A stretch of 61,725 nucleotides of DNA, the filler included. It is 6 parts of 6 records of this genome, joined end to end, with 100 filler letters (N's around TTAATTAATTAA, not from the genome) between each part and the next. Parts side by side here need not be neighbours in the genome. Positions count along the whole stretch, not along the records: positions 47,682 to 53,879 come from DRR723986_8352; positions 53,980 to 61,725 come from DRR723986_8354; 4 more parts are not named here. The stretch is one strand, 5' to 3'. The translations under genes were made by a program, and so were the position numbers. The stretch's first letter is position 1. Every line of letters begins with the position of its first letter. The notes under the pieces are model-generated. The model was not told the origin of the DNA. It made no database searches and saw only the letters and a list, made by a program, of their open reading frames with translations. Shown here in pieces: positions 49,536 to 61,697 of the stretch.

Positions 49536-50300
49536 ATGAAACCCCTTCTTGTTACCGCCAGTGCCGTTGCCCTGTTGATGAGCGCAGCCGCCTGCAGCAA
49601 AGCCACCAGTCATGCCGGCACCACGCCGCCGGTGAAGGCGGAAACGGCAGCGGCGACACCGGATCAGGCAAAGGACCAGTACGCCGCTGATCTCAAAGAC
49701 ATGACACGGGCCGAGATTGAGCCGGCAGAGCGTGCGCAGTTCGCGCTGGCCGCTGATGAAATTCTGGCCTCGCGCCTGATCGGGTCAGAAGTGCTGAACC
49801 CGGCCGGTGATGAAATCGCGACTGTCGCCGATGTCTGGATCGGCGAGCCCGGCGATACGCCGAAACTGATCATCCGTGATGGCGGTGTTGCCGGTGTCGG
49901 CGGCAAACTTCACGCCATAGGTTTCGAAGGCGCCCTGATCGAGTCCGTCGCCAATCATGACGAGCCGGATGTCCGTGTGACCTATTCGGAATCCTCGCTG
50001 GAAGGTCTGCCGGAGTTCGAGCAGAACGGCGTGGATGACTACCGCCTCGCATCCGAAGCCATGGGCACGACCGCATCGCTGACCTTCGGCGATGACCTCG
50101 CCCGCGTGAACGACTTCGTGATGAAGGTCGACGGCACGCCGGAATACGCGGTCATCACAGATGGCCTCGCCGGAACGACCAGATACGTCATCGATGCGGA
50201 TGCCCTGACCATCGAGCAGGGCGACGGGGACGGGACACTCGTCATCGACCTTGATGCAGAGGCGTTTGCCCACGCCAAAGTGCTGGCAGACCGCCAATAA
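49536..50300 (+). CDS. PRC-barrel domain lipoprotein
   Basis: Lipobox AAAC. ASRLIGSEVLNPAGDEIATVADV...GGVAGVGGK PRC motif and a degenerate second barrel (RLASEAMG). Confidence 0.8.
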   Translation: MKPLLVTASAVALLMSAAACSKATSHAGTTPPVKAETAAATPDQAKDQYAADLKDMTRAEIEPAERAQFALAADEILASRLIGSEVLNPAGDEIATVADVWIGEPGDTPKLIIRDGGVAGVGGKLHAIGFEGALIESVANHDEPDVRVTYSESSLEGLPEFEQNGVDDYRLASEAMGTTASLTFGDDLARVNDFVMKVDGTPEYAVITDGLAGTTRYVIDADALTIEQGDGDGTLVIDLDAEAFAHAKVLADRQ

Positions 50301-50411
50301 TCCGCCCTTTGCGTAGATCAGGGGAGGGTCTGGCATTGCCGGACCCTCTTTTCATGGTCGAGTGTGAAAAGGCGCGTTTCCCCGGAGGCGGGAACGCGGT
50401 ATCCTTGCTGG

Positions 50412-52292
50412 ATGGCGCCACCTTCCATCCGCATCCCTGACGGCTTCGTAGAGGAGCTGAAGGCCCGTATCCGGCCTTCGGACGTGATCGGCCGCAAGGT
50501 GAAGCTGACCAAGAAGGGCAAGGAGTGGGTGGGCCTGTCTCCTTTCTCAAACGAAAAGTCGCCCAGTTTCTACGTCAACGACCAGAAGCGCATCTTCAAG
50601 GACTTCTCTTCCGGCATTGGCGGCGATGTCATCAGCTTCATTATGGAGACAGAGCGGCTGTCTTTCATGGAGGCCGTGGAAAAGCTGGCCGAAGAGGCGG
50701 GCATGGAGCTGCCCAAGGCCAGCCCGCAGGCCGCTGAGGAATATGATCACCGCAAACGCCTGCAAGCCGTTTGCGAAGCCGCCGCGGCCTATTTCGAAGA
50801 CCGGTTGCTCTCCTCAGAAGGCGCAGCCGCGCGGACCTATCTGGAAGGGCGGGGGCTTCGGCCGGCCGCCTGGAAGCGTCACAGGCTGGGCTATGCTCCG
50901 GATGACTGGCGCAAGACGATCGATCACCTGAAATCTGAAGGATTCTCGACCAAGGAGATCCTGGAGGCCGGGCTCGCCAAGGAAAGCGACCGGGGCGGGG
51001 AACCGTACGATGCGTTCCGTGGGCGCCTGATGTTCCCCATCGCCGATGTGCGCGGCGGTATCATCGCCTTCGGGGGCCGGGCGCTCCAGCCGGATGCCAA
51101 GCCGAAATACCTGAACTCCGGAGACACACCACTCTTCCACAAATCTCGCGTGCTCTACCGCTACAAGACGGCGCGCGAGGCCCTTGGCGGCGGTGAGGGC
51201 GGCGGGCTGATCGTCTGCGAAGGCTATATGGACGCCATCGCGCTCGCCGAGGCGGGTTTCGGCACATCTGTTGCCCCGCTCGGCACGGCGCTGACCGAAG
51301 ACCAGCTGAACCTGATCTGGAAGGCCGGTCCGGAGCCGGTCCTCTGTTTTGACGGTGACCGTGCCGGACTAGGCGCAGCCTACCGTGCGATCGACCGCGC
51401 CCTGCCGCATGTCGAGCCGGGACGGTCCTTGTTCTTCGTTCTTTTGCCCGACGGCATGGATCCGGACGACCTGATCCGAGCGCGCGGCCCTGGTGCCATG
51501 TCCGATGCGCTGGACAGGCGGATCGCCATGTCCGAGCTGCTCTGGCTGCGCGAACGGGATGCCGAAGCGCTGGACACGCCGGAACGCCAGGCAGGTCTTG
51601 AGGCGCGCCTCATGGCGGCTGCGGCCCAGATCCAGCACCCCGGCGTCCGCGCCGCCTATGAGCGGGATCTCAAATCCCGCATGCGAGACCATTTCTGGCA
51701 GCTGCGTCAGGCCAGTCGAGGCAAGGGAAAAGGCAGCGGCGACTACAGAAAGCGGCCCGGAACGGGACAGTTTCCCGCGTCAGGCGATCAGGGGCAGGTG
51801 GAGCTGAAAAGCGGTGCACCGGCCAAACTGCGCGGCCTGGGACAGGTCGTGCGGGCGGTCGATACGCCGGAACTGCTCGACCTGGGCGCTGAAACGCTCG
51901 CGGCGGCGGCTTTCGCCGATCCCGATGTCAGCCTGATGCGCGATGCTGTTCTGGATTTCGCTCATGCAGGAAAACCTATTGACCGCGGCGCTTTGAGTGC
52001 CCATTTAGCGGAAGCAGGGAACATGCGCGCTGCCAGTCTGCTCAACGAATATCCCCACACGCCTCCGATAGCGGTCGACGGACCCGAGGCACGGGAATGG
52101 CTCATAGCCCTCGAGCAATACATGGTTGCAGGTCGTTCCGTTGAGCAGGACGCCGACGCTGGCATGGATGATGCTGGCGCGGATGCTACGTCGTCGCCAT
52201 CAGCCTGGCGGCGCAAGCACCAGCTCGTCGCGGAACGAAGGGCTTTGAGAGCCCGCATGAACGAGGCAGCAGGAAAAGTCGGCGAGAGCTGA
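50412..52292 (+). CDS. dnaG: DNA primase
   Basis: FRGRLMFPI, AFGGR, KYLNS, EGYMD, FDGDRAG, DPDD motifs. Upstream of rpoD. Confidence 0.97.
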   Translation: MAPPSIRIPDGFVEELKARIRPSDVIGRKVKLTKKGKEWVGLSPFSNEKSPSFYVNDQKRIFKDFSSGIGGDVISFIMETERLSFMEAVEKLAEEAGMELPKASPQAAEEYDHRKRLQAVCEAAAAYFEDRLLSSEGAAARTYLEGRGLRPAAWKRHRLGYAPDDWRKTIDHLKSEGFSTKEILEAGLAKESDRGGEPYDAFRGRLMFPIADVRGGIIAFGGRALQPDAKPKYLNSGDTPLFHKSRVLYRYKTAREALGGGEGGGLIVCEGYMDAIALAEAGFGTSVAPLGTALTEDQLNLIWKAGPEPVLCFDGDRAGLGAAYRAIDRALPHVEPGRSLFFVLLPDGMDPDDLIRARGPGAMSDALDRRIAMSELLWLRERDAEALDTPERQAGLEARLMAAAAQIQHPGVRAAYERDLKSRMRDHFWQLRQASRGKGKGSGDYRKRPGTGQFPASGDQGQVELKSGAPAKLRGLGQVVRAVDTPELLDLGAETLAAAAFADPDVSLMRDAVLDFAHAGKPIDRGALSAHLAEAGNMRAASLLNEYPHTPPIAVDGPEAREWLIALEQYMVAGRSVEQDADAGMDDAGADATSSPSAWRRKHQLVAERRALRARMNEAAGKVGES

Positions 52293-52358
52293 AAAGGCGC
52301 GAAAACTTTGAGATGTATTGCGGGATGAGCGCGCAGTACGTCACGGGAGAGAGATTGA

Positions 52359-53879
<1,521 letters not shown>

Positions 53880-53979
53880 NNNNNNNNNNNNNNNNNNNNN
53901 NNNNNNNNNNNNNNNNNNNNNNNTTAATTAATTAANNNNNNNNNNNNNNNNNNNNNNNNNNNNNNNNNNNNNNNNNNNN
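53880..53979. other. Artificial contig spacer
   Basis: 44 N + TTAATTAATTAA + 44 N. Confidence 0.99.
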
Positions 53980-53983
53980 CCGG

Positions 53984-54031
53984 CCGGGGGCTCTGCCCCC
54001 GGACCCCCGAGGTATTTCAGGACCAAAGAAG
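53984..54031 (+). repeat. REP-like palindromic intergenic repeat
   Basis: CCGGGGGC-tct-GCCCCCGG hairpin followed by CCCCCGAGGTATTTcaGGACCAAAGAAG. Inverted 26/28 copy at 61698-61725. Confidence 0.75.
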
Positions 54032-54156
54032 ACTGGAAGGCCTGCCTGCGTCATCGCGGGCGGCGCGTTTTCGGGTCGGTGCGGGTCGGCGCCTAGCGGG
54101 GCCGACCGTTTTTGTCCGGTGGGTGTGCGGGGGCCGCTTCGGGGCGGCGCCGGAGC

Positions 54157-54738
54157 TTAGCCGGCCTTTCGCAGGTCCGCGATCATGGCGTCGATGTCGC
54201 CGCGGCGGCGGTCCAGCATGGCGCCGATCTCGCTGCGTTCGGTCAGGAGCATGTTCACCCCCTCGACATACATGTTGAAGAACCGGTTGTTGTCGGAGAC
54301 GTGGAACGTCACCGTGAAGGGCGACGTGCCGCGCAGGAAGGCCGTCGATTTCACCTCGAAGCCGTTCTTGATGCGCCCGACGGACTGCACTTCGAGCCGC
54401 CCGCCCTCGAACTCGCGGAACCGCTTGCCGTATTTGCGCGCGATGTAGCCGGTGAAGGCGTCGGTGAAGGCTTTCTTCTGCCCGTCCGACGCGCGCCGCC
54501 CGTCGGCGCCCATGGCATAGGCCGCGATCACCCGCGTGTCGCCGTATTTCCGGAAGATGCGCTCGAACTCGCCGTACATCGCCCCCGGGGACCGCCCCGA
54601 GGCGATCACGCCGTTGATCTCGGACACCATGCCCTCGATCAGGCCGCGCGCCTGCCCCTCGGTCAGAGCCAGCGCCGGTGTGCCGAGCAGGCCGAACGCC
54701 AGCCCGCCCGCCAGAATGCCGCGTCGTGAAAGCCTCAT
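54157..54738 (-). CDS. mlaC: Phospholipid-binding periplasmic protein MlaC/Ttg2D
   Basis: Tat-like signal (SRRGIL) and VEGVNML..RSE motif. Downstream of a vacJ/mlaA gene. Confidence 0.85.
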   Translation of the reverse strand: MRLSRRGILAGGLAFGLLGTPALALTEGQARGLIEGMVSEINGVIASGRSPGAMYGEFERIFRKYGDTRVIAAYAMGADGRRASDGQKKAFTDAFTGYIARKYGKRFREFEGGRLEVQSVGRIKNGFEVKSTAFLRGTSPFTVTFHVSDNNRFFNMYVEGVNMLLTERSEIGAMLDRRRGDIDAMIADLRKAG

Positions 54739-54756
54739 GATGTCCTCCGGGAAACT

Positions 54757-55506
54757 CTAGAATCCTGATACGTCAATGGCGGTCGGGTCGATATCGTTCC
54801 CCGGCACCTCTTGCCCCAGTTCGAACCGGCGGCTCTGCATGTAGATCAGCTTCAGTTGATCATAGGAGTCGGCGCTTTCATAGAGCACCGAATCGACGGT
54901 GTCGGAATATTGCCCACGGTCGCCCACCATCTCGAGCGTGCGCGCGGCGGTGCCGATGTAGCGTTCGGGCTTGGGGACCAGATAGCTCATCGGATCGAGG
55001 AAGAGGTCGGTGGCCCGCCCGAAGGCGTCACGCTCGGTCGCGGGGCCCAGAACCGGCAGTTCCAGATAGGCGCCCTCGGGCACGCCCCAGACGGCCAGCG
55101 TCTCGCCGAAGTCGGAGCCGTTCTCTTCCAGCCCCATGTCGCTGGCCACGTCCACCAGCCCGCCGAAGCCCAGCAGCACGTTGGCGGAAAAGCGCAGGCC
55201 GTTCTTCGAGGCCGCGCCCAGACGGCCCTGCAGGATCTGGTTCACCACCGTCTGCGGCAGCGACACCGTTTCGGCGAAGTTCGACACGCCCAGCTGGATT
55301 TCGTCGGGGACGGCGCGGGAATAGCCGCCGCCGGTGCCCTTGAGAAAGCGTTCGTCGAGGGCGCGGTTGAAGGCATGGGTGCGGCGGTTCTGCGCCTCGT
55401 AGGGATCGTGGACGCCGTCCTCGGGCAGCGCTCCGGGCTTTGGCAGACTGCAGGCGCCCAACGCCGCCATGACCGCCATACCGAGAATGACCCGACCGAA
55501 CCGCAT
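54757..55506 (-). CDS. mlaA: VacJ/MlaA family lipoprotein
   Basis: Lipobox LGAC. DPYEAQNR..HAFN, DFGETLAVWG, YLELPVLGP..RD motifs. Confidence 0.93.
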   Translation of the reverse strand: MRFGRVILGMAVMAALGACSLPKPGALPEDGVHDPYEAQNRRTHAFNRALDERFLKGTGGGYSRAVPDEIQLGVSNFAETVSLPQTVVNQILQGRLGAASKNGLRFSANVLLGFGGLVDVASDMGLEENGSDFGETLAVWGVPEGAYLELPVLGPATERDAFGRATDLFLDPMSYLVPKPERYIGTAARTLEMVGDRGQYSDTVDSVLYESADSYDQLKLIYMQSRRFELGQEVPGNDIDPTAIDVSGF

Positions 55507-55702
55507 CCCTGAACACCCTGTGCAAAAGCCTTGGGAAAGCGTAGAAGCTTCCCTAAAAGGCTACTTAAATTCATTTCCCGGGGGACCCAACGTTGCAGGC
55601 CGGATTCACACCCGTTGTGGCAGATAGGCGACAAGCGCCGCCGCACCACCCAGCCTGACACACAATCCACCCGCAGACAAAAGAAAGGGCGCAGGGACGA
55701 CC

Positions 55703-57439
55703 ATGACCGCCTCGCGAACACGGGACACAGGCCGCGAAGAATTGCGCGCCGCACGTCGACAGAGCCGCCCGTACTACTGGTTCGTCTTTCTCTTCAGCTT
55801 CTTCGTGAACATGCTGATGCTGACCGGGCCGCTCTACATGCTGCAGGTCTACGACCGCGTGCTGGGATCGCGGTCGGAGGCGACGCTGGTGGCGCTGTCG
55901 GTGCTGGTGGTCTTCCTCTACGGGATGATGGGCATCCTCGACTACGTGCGCGGGCGGGTCATGGGGCGTGTCGCGGCGCGCTTTCAGGCGGCGCTGGACC
56001 TGCGGGTCTTCGACGCGGTCATGCGGCGCTCGGCGATTCAGTCGGACGAACTGGCGCAGACCGGGCTGCGCGATCTCGAATCGGTGCAGCGGCTGATGTC
56101 CTCTCCGGTGTTGCTGGCGGTCTTCGACATCCCGTGGACGCCGCTCTTCATCGCCGCGATCTTCGTCTTCCACCCGTGGCTGGGCTATCTCGCGCTGGCC
56201 GGCGGCGCGGTGCTGATCGTCGTGACCTTCGTGAACCAGGCGGTGACGCGGGCGCCTTCGCTGAAGTCGAACTCCGCCGTCATGCAGGCCGAGAAGACGT
56301 CCGAGCAGATCCGCGCCGAGGCCGAGATGGTGCAGGCGCTGGGGATGCGCGGCGACGCTTTCCAGCGCTGGATGGGGGCGCGCGGCGACGCGCTGCGCGG
56401 CCAGATCGCGACCGCCGACCTGACCGGCACCTTCACCACGCTGACCAAGACCTTCCGGCTGCTGCTGCAATCCGCGATGCTGGGCCTTGGCGCCTACCTC
56501 GTGCTGCAGGGGCAACTGACGCCCGGCGCGATGATCGCGGGCTCGATCCTGATGGGCCGGGCGCTGGCGCCGCTGGAACTGGCGATCGGGCAATGGGCGC
56601 TGGTGACGCGAGCCCGCAAGGGCTGGGACAACCTCGCCCAGCTTCTGACCGAGATCCCCGAAGAGCCGCCGCGCACCGCCCTGCCCCGCCCCAAAGCCAA
56701 GCTGGAGGTGCAGCAATTGACCGTGGTCGCGCCCGGCGAACAGCAGGCGGCGCTGCGGCTGGTCAGCTTCAACCTGAACCCCGGGCAGGCGCTTGGCGTG
56801 ATCGGGCCCTCGGGGTCCGGCAAGTCGACGCTGGCGCGCGCCCTGACCGGCATCTGGCGCCCGGCGGGCGGCAAGATCCGCCTCGACGGGGCCGCGCTCG
56901 ACCAATACGGGCCGGACGTGCTGGGCCAGCACATAGGCTACCTGCCGCAGCGTGTGACGCTCTTCGACGGCACGATCGCCGAGAACATCGCCCGCCTCTC
57001 GCCGCAGCCCGACGCGCAGAAGGTGGTGGAGGCCGCGCAGAAGGCCGACGCGCATGAGATGATCCTTAAGCTGCCCAACGGCTATGACACCCGCGTGTCC
57101 GCCGCCGGCGGACGGCTGTCGGGCGGGCAGATGCAGCGGATCGGGCTGGCGCGCGCCATGTACGGCGACCCGGTGATCCTTGTGCTGGACGAGCCGAATT
57201 CGAACCTCGACAACGAAGGCTCGACAGCCGTGAACAAGGCGATCAAGGGCTTCAAGGCCGAGGGCAAGTCGGTGCTCATCATGGCCCATCGCCCCGCCGC
57301 GATCCAGGAATGCGACCTGCTTCTGATGCTCGAGGGCGGCAGCCGCGTGGCCTTCGGTCCCAAGGACGAGGTGCTGCAGAGCATGGTCAAGAACCACCAG
57401 CAGATCCAGAAATCCGCCACGCCCGGAGGTGTGCGATGA
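55703..57439 (+). CDS. Type I secretion system ABC permease/ATPase (PrtD/AprD family)
   Basis: [33 protein letters not shown] motifs. Confidence 0.95.
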   Translation: MTASRTRDTGREELRAARRQSRPYYWFVFLFSFFVNMLMLTGPLYMLQVYDRVLGSRSEATLVALSVLVVFLYGMMGILDYVRGRVMGRVAARFQAALDLRVFDAVMRRSAIQSDELAQTGLRDLESVQRLMSSPVLLAVFDIPWTPLFIAAIFVFHPWLGYLALAGGAVLIVVTFVNQAVTRAPSLKSNSAVMQAEKTSEQIRAEAEMVQALGMRGDAFQRWMGARGDALRGQIATADLTGTFTTLTKTFRLLLQSAMLGLGAYLVLQGQLTPGAMIAGSILMGRALAPLELAIGQWALVTRARKGWDNLAQLLTEIPEEPPRTALPRPKAKLEVQQLTVVAPGEQQAALRLVSFNLNPGQALGVIGPSGSGKSTLARALTGIWRPAGGKIRLDGAALDQYGPDVLGQHIGYLPQRVTLFDGTIAENIARLSPQPDAQKVVEAAQKADAHEMILKLPNGYDTRVSAAGGRLSGGQMQRIGLARAMYGDPVILVLDEPNSNLDNEGSTAVNKAIKGFKAEGKSVLIMAHRPAAIQECDLLLMLEGGSRVAFGPKDEVLQSMVKNHQQIQKSATPGGVR

Positions 57440-58740
57440 CGACCCCGAACCCGTTCCCCACCCGCGGGCCGATGATCCTTGGCATCCTCGCGCTGCTGGT
57501 CCTCGTCGGCGGTTTCGGCACTTGGGCCGCGACGACGAACATCTCGGGCGCCATCGTCGCATCGGGCTCCATCGAGGTGGAGCAGAACCGGCAGGTGGTG
57601 CAGCATCCGGACGGCGGCGTGGTGGCCGAGATCCTCGTGCGCGAGGGCGACACGGTCGAGGTCGGCGATACGCTGGTCAAGCTGGACCCGACGCTTCTGC
57701 GCTCTGAACTGGCGATCACCGAGGGGCAGCTTTACGAGCTCATGGCGCGGCGCGCGCGGCTTCATGCAGAACGCGACACCGCCGCCGACATCACCTTCCC
57801 CGAGGCGCTTCTGGCCCGGGCCGAGGCCGACGAAGAGGTCGGCGAACTGGTCGAGGGCCAGCGCAACCTCTTCCTCGCCCGGCTGGATTCGGCCGCCCGC
57901 GAGATCGAGCAGCTGTCCAAGCGCAAGGACCAGATCGCCGATCAGGTGCGCGGGATCGAGGCGCAGCAGGTGGCGCTGGACGAGCAGCTCGAACTGATCC
58001 GGCAGGAGCTGGAGAACCAGCAGTCGCTGCTGGAGCGCGGGCTGGCCAAGATCGGAACGGTGCTGGCGCTGCAGCGCGAACAGTCGCGGCTGACCGGCAC
58101 GGTGGGCGAGCTGATCGCCCAGAAGGCGCAGGCCGAGGGGCGGATCACCGAGATCGACATCCAGATCCAGAGCCTGCAGACCCAGCGCCGCGAGGAATCC
58201 ATCACCACCCTGCGCGACCTGCAATTCCGCGAGCGTGAACTGGCCGAGCAGGCCCGCGCTCTGCGCGAACGCCTCAGCCGGATGGAGATCACGGCCCCGG
58301 TGTCCGGCGTGGTCTACGGCATGACCGTCTTCACCCCGCGCTCGGTGATCCGCTCGGCGGACCCGGTGCTCTATCTCGTGCCGCAGGACCGCCCGCTGGT
58401 GATCGCCGCGCAGGTCGAGACCATCCACATCGACCAGCTTTTCGTGAACCAGGAGGTCTCGCTGCGCTTCGCCGCGCTGGATCAGCGCCAGACGCCGGAG
58501 TTGTTCGGCCGCGTGGTGCAGATCTCCGCCGACGCATTCGAGGACCAGTCGACGCGCGTGCGCTACTACCGCGCCGAGATCGTGCTGAGCGAGGGCGAGA
58601 TCGACCGCCTGCCCGAGGGCACGGCGCTGATCCCCGGCATGCCGGTGGAGGCCTTCATCCGCACCGCCGACCGCACCCCGCTGGCCTACCTCGTGAAACC
58701 CTTCACCGACTACTTCGCCAAGGCCTTCCGCGAGACCTGA
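57436..58740 (+). CDS. HlyD-family type I secretion periplasmic adaptor
   Basis: VQHPDGGVV, coiled coil, [22 protein letters not shown] motifs. ATGA overlap with the ABC gene. Confidence 0.95.
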   Translation: MTTPNPFPTRGPMILGILALLVLVGGFGTWAATTNISGAIVASGSIEVEQNRQVVQHPDGGVVAEILVREGDTVEVGDTLVKLDPTLLRSELAITEGQLYELMARRARLHAERDTAADITFPEALLARAEADEEVGELVEGQRNLFLARLDSAAREIEQLSKRKDQIADQVRGIEAQQVALDEQLELIRQELENQQSLLERGLAKIGTVLALQREQSRLTGTVGELIAQKAQAEGRITEIDIQIQSLQTQRREESITTLRDLQFRERELAEQARALRERLSRMEITAPVSGVVYGMTVFTPRSVIRSADPVLYLVPQDRPLVIAAQVETIHIDQLFVNQEVSLRFAALDQRQTPELFGRVVQISADAFEDQSTRVRYYRAEIVLSEGEIDRLPEGTALIPGMPVEAFIRTADRTPLAYLVKPFTDYFAKAFRET

Positions 58741-58752
58741 GCGGCGGGCGGC

Positions 58753-58795
58753 AAGCCGGTTGGAACCGGCTTCGAAGGGCCTTCGAAGGCCCTTC
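58753..58795. repeat. Tandem palindromes downstream of the T1SS operon
   Basis: AAGCCGGTT-gg-AACCGGCTT followed by the perfect 22-bp palindrome GAAGGGCCTTCGAAGGCCCTTC. Confidence 0.6.
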
Positions 58796-58894
58796 CCCGC
58801 CCCGACGCGGACCACGGCGCCACCCCCGAAACAGGGGCTTTCCATCGGCTGCCCCCGCGACTAGCCTCCGCGCGAAACCGCGAAGGAAACACCC

Positions 58895-59359
58895 ATGTCC
58901 GATCCCATCGAAACCCGCCTCGCCGAACTGGGCCTGACCCTGCCCGACGCCCCCGCCCCGGCGGCGAACTACGTGCCCTACGTGATCTCGGGCAACACGG
59001 TCTACGTCTCGGGTCAGGTCTCCATGGGGCCGGACGGCTTCATCACCGGCAAGCTGGGCAAGGACCTCTCGGTCGAGGAAGGCGCAGCTGCCGCCAAGGC
59101 CTGCGCCCTCAGCCTGCTGGCCCAGGTCCGGGCGGCCTGCGGCGGCGACCTGTCGCGCCTCAAGCGGGTGGTCAAGCTGACCGGCTTCGTCAACGGCACG
59201 CCCGATTTCACCGACCAGCCCAAGGTCATCAACGGCGCCTCCGACACGCTGGTCGAGATCCTCGGCGACGCCGGGCGCCACGCCCGCTCCGCCGTCTCGG
59301 CGGGCGGCCTGCCCTTCAACGTCGCGGTCGAGATCGAGGGCATCTTCGAGATCGCCTGA
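58895..59359 (+). CDS. RidA/YjgF family protein
   Basis: PAANYVP, VSGQ, NGASD, GRHARSA, VEIE motifs. Confidence 0.92.
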   Translation: MSDPIETRLAELGLTLPDAPAPAANYVPYVISGNTVYVSGQVSMGPDGFITGKLGKDLSVEEGAAAAKACALSLLAQVRAACGGDLSRLKRVVKLTGFVNGTPDFTDQPKVINGASDTLVEILGDAGRHARSAVSAGGLPFNVAVEIEGIFEIA

Positions 59360-59376
59360 CCGCCGGAGAGCCCGCG

Positions 59377-60132
59377 ATGACGCCCCTGCCCCGCGCTTTC
59401 CTCGACCGTCCCCTCGCACATCGTGCCCTGCACGACCGCGCCTCGGGGCGGATCGAGAACAGCCCCGCCGCCATCCGCGCTGCCATCGCGGCGGGCTACG
59501 GCATCGAGATCGACGTCCAGCGGTCCTCCGACGGGCAGGCCATGGTCTTCCACGACTATGACCTGCAGCGGCTGACCGGCACCCGGGGCGCGATCCAGCA
59601 AAGCAGCGCAGAGACCCTGCGTGGCCTCACGCTGACCGGCGGCGAGGACAGCATCCCGACCCTGCCCGAGGTCCTTGACCTCGTGGCGGGCAGGGTCCCG
59701 CTGCTGATCGAGGTCAAGGATCAGGACGGCGCCATGGGGCCGAAGGTCGGCGCGTTGGAAGAGACCATCGCCCAAGCGCTCAAGGGCTACGACGGCCCGC
59801 TGGCGCTCATGTCCTTCAACCCGCATTCCGTGGCGGCGCTGGCCGCGCTGGCGCCGGATATCCCGCGCGGCCTGACCACCTGCGGCTATACGCCCGAGGA
59901 CTGGCCGACCCTGCCGGCCGCCACCCGCGACGCGCTGCGCGCCATCCCGGACGTCGAACGCACTGACGCCAGCTTCATCAGCCACCACCACCGTCACCTC
60001 GACGCGCCGCGCGTGGCGGAACTGAAGGCGCAGGGCCTCGCCGTCCTGTGCTGGACCATCCGTTCGTCCGAGGACGAGGCCGCCGCGCGGACCATTGCCC
60101 AGAACATCACATTCGAAGGCTACGCGGCTTGA
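59377..60132 (+). CDS. Glycerophosphodiester phosphodiesterase family protein
   Basis: AHRALH, ENS, IEIDV, VFHD, IEVK, WT motifs. Confidence 0.92.
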   Translation: MTPLPRAFLDRPLAHRALHDRASGRIENSPAAIRAAIAAGYGIEIDVQRSSDGQAMVFHDYDLQRLTGTRGAIQQSSAETLRGLTLTGGEDSIPTLPEVLDLVAGRVPLLIEVKDQDGAMGPKVGALEETIAQALKGYDGPLALMSFNPHSVAALAALAPDIPRGLTTCGYTPEDWPTLPAATRDALRAIPDVERTDASFISHHHRHLDAPRVAELKAQGLAVLCWTIRSSEDEAAARTIAQNITFEGYAA

Positions 60133-60162
60133 ACCCCCGGGCGGAAACGCCAGATTGAACCC

Positions 60163-61362
60163 GTGATGACCGACCAGAGCCCCGGCCCGACGCTCACCGT
60201 CTCCGTGCTGACCAGCCTCTCGCAGATCGCCCCGGGCGACTGGGATGCCTGCGCCTGCCCCGAAGACGCCGATGGGCGCCCCAACGATCCCTTCACCACC
60301 CACCGCTTCCTCAGCGCGCTGGAGGAAAGCGGCTCCGTCGGGCGCGGAACCGGGTGGGAGCCGCGCCACCTCGTGGTGGAGGCAGAGGGCGAGATCATCG
60401 CCGTGGCGCCGATGTACGGCAAGACCCACAGCCAGGGCGAATACATCTTCGACCACACCTGGGCGCACGCGCTGGAAAACGCGGGCGGCGCCTACTACCC
60501 CAAGCTGCAGATCGCCGTGCCCTTCACGCCCGCCACCGGGCGGCGCTTCCTCACGAAGCCGGGGCACGAGACCACCGGCATGTCGGCGCTGATCCAGGGC
60601 GCCGTGCAACTCGCCAGCGACAACGACCTGTCGTCGCTGCACGCCACCTTCTGCACCGAGGCAGAGGCCATCGCCGGCGAACGCATGGGGCTTTTGCGGC
60701 GCACCACGCAGCAGTTCCACTGGCACAACCGCGGCTACGCGGATTTCGACGCCTTTCTCGCCGACCTCAGCAGCCGCAAGCGCAAGACCATCCGCAAGGA
60801 ACGCCGCACCGCGCAGGAGTTCGGCGGCACCATCGAAACCCTCACCGGCGAGGCCATCCAGCCCCACCACTGGGACGCCTTCTGGCAGTTCTACCAGGAC
60901 ACCGGCGCGCGGAAATGGGGCTCGCCCTACCTCACCCGAGCCTTCTTCGAGATCGCCCACCAGACCCTGCGAGACGACATCGCGCTCGTCATGTGCGCGC
61001 GCGACGGCCAGCCGGTCGCGGGCGCGCTGAACTTCATCGGGCGCGACGTCCTCTATGGCCGCTACTGGGGCTGCGTCGAAGACCACCCCTGCCTGCATTT
61101 CGAAGCCTGCTACTATCGGGCCATCGACTTCGCCATCGCGCAGGGTCTGTCGCGGGTCGAGGCGGGCGCGCAGGGCGAGCACAAGCTGGCCCGGGGCTAC
61201 CTGCCCGCGCAGACCCACTCGCTGCACTGGATCGCCAACCCCGGCTTTTCCGACGCGGTGGAACGCTTTCTCAGGGCGGAACGCGCCGCGGTGGATGAGG
61301 ACATCGAGATCCTCACCAGCTACGGCCCCTTCCGCAAGGCAACCATGGAGGAAAGAGAATGA
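60163..61362 (+). CDS. GNAT/FemAB-like protein (DUF482)
   Basis: [45 protein letters not shown] motifs. Confidence 0.9.
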   Translation: MMTDQSPGPTLTVSVLTSLSQIAPGDWDACACPEDADGRPNDPFTTHRFLSALEESGSVGRGTGWEPRHLVVEAEGEIIAVAPMYGKTHSQGEYIFDHTWAHALENAGGAYYPKLQIAVPFTPATGRRFLTKPGHETTGMSALIQGAVQLASDNDLSSLHATFCTEAEAIAGERMGLLRRTTQQFHWHNRGYADFDAFLADLSSRKRKTIRKERRTAQEFGGTIETLTGEAIQPHHWDAFWQFYQDTGARKWGSPYLTRAFFEIAHQTLRDDIALVMCARDGQPVAGALNFIGRDVLYGRYWGCVEDHPCLHFEACYYRAIDFAIAQGLSRVEAGAQGEHKLARGYLPAQTHSLHWIANPGFSDAVERFLRAERAAVDEDIEILTSYGPFRKATMEERE

Positions 61363-61649
61363 CCGAGAAACTGTCGGAAAGCGGCCGCCAGACCGTGCTG
61401 GAGCCGCTGCTGTCCTCCGGCTGGGAGATGGTCGAGGGACGCGATGCGATCCGCAAGAGCTATGAATTCACCGATTTCACCCAGGCCTTCGCCTGGATGA
61501 CCCGCGCCGCGATGTTCGCCGAGAAGTGGAACCATCACCCGGAATGGCTGAACGTCTACAACCGGGTGGACGTCACCCTTACGACCCATGACGTCGGCGG
61601 GCTGTCGCAACTCGACGTGAAACTCGCCCGCAAGATGGACAGTCTCTAA
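61359..61649 (+). CDS. phhB: Pterin-4-alpha-carbinolamine dehydratase
   Basis: [17 protein letters not shown] and LTTHD motifs. Confidence 0.92.
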   Translation: MTEKLSESGRQTVLEPLLSSGWEMVEGRDAIRKSYEFTDFTQAFAWMTRAAMFAEKWNHHPEWLNVYNRVDVTLTTHDVGGLSQLDVKLARKMDSL

Positions 61650-61697
61650 ACAGACACCCACGCACGCACCCAGCCTTCTCCGAAAAGGCACCCCCGG

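Noticed and set aside
55531-61227. Long overlapping ORFs of 508, 663, 587 and 737 aa
   Set aside because: Shadows of the well-supported T1SS and RidA-GDPD-GNAT genes, caused by stop-codon scarcity at high GC.
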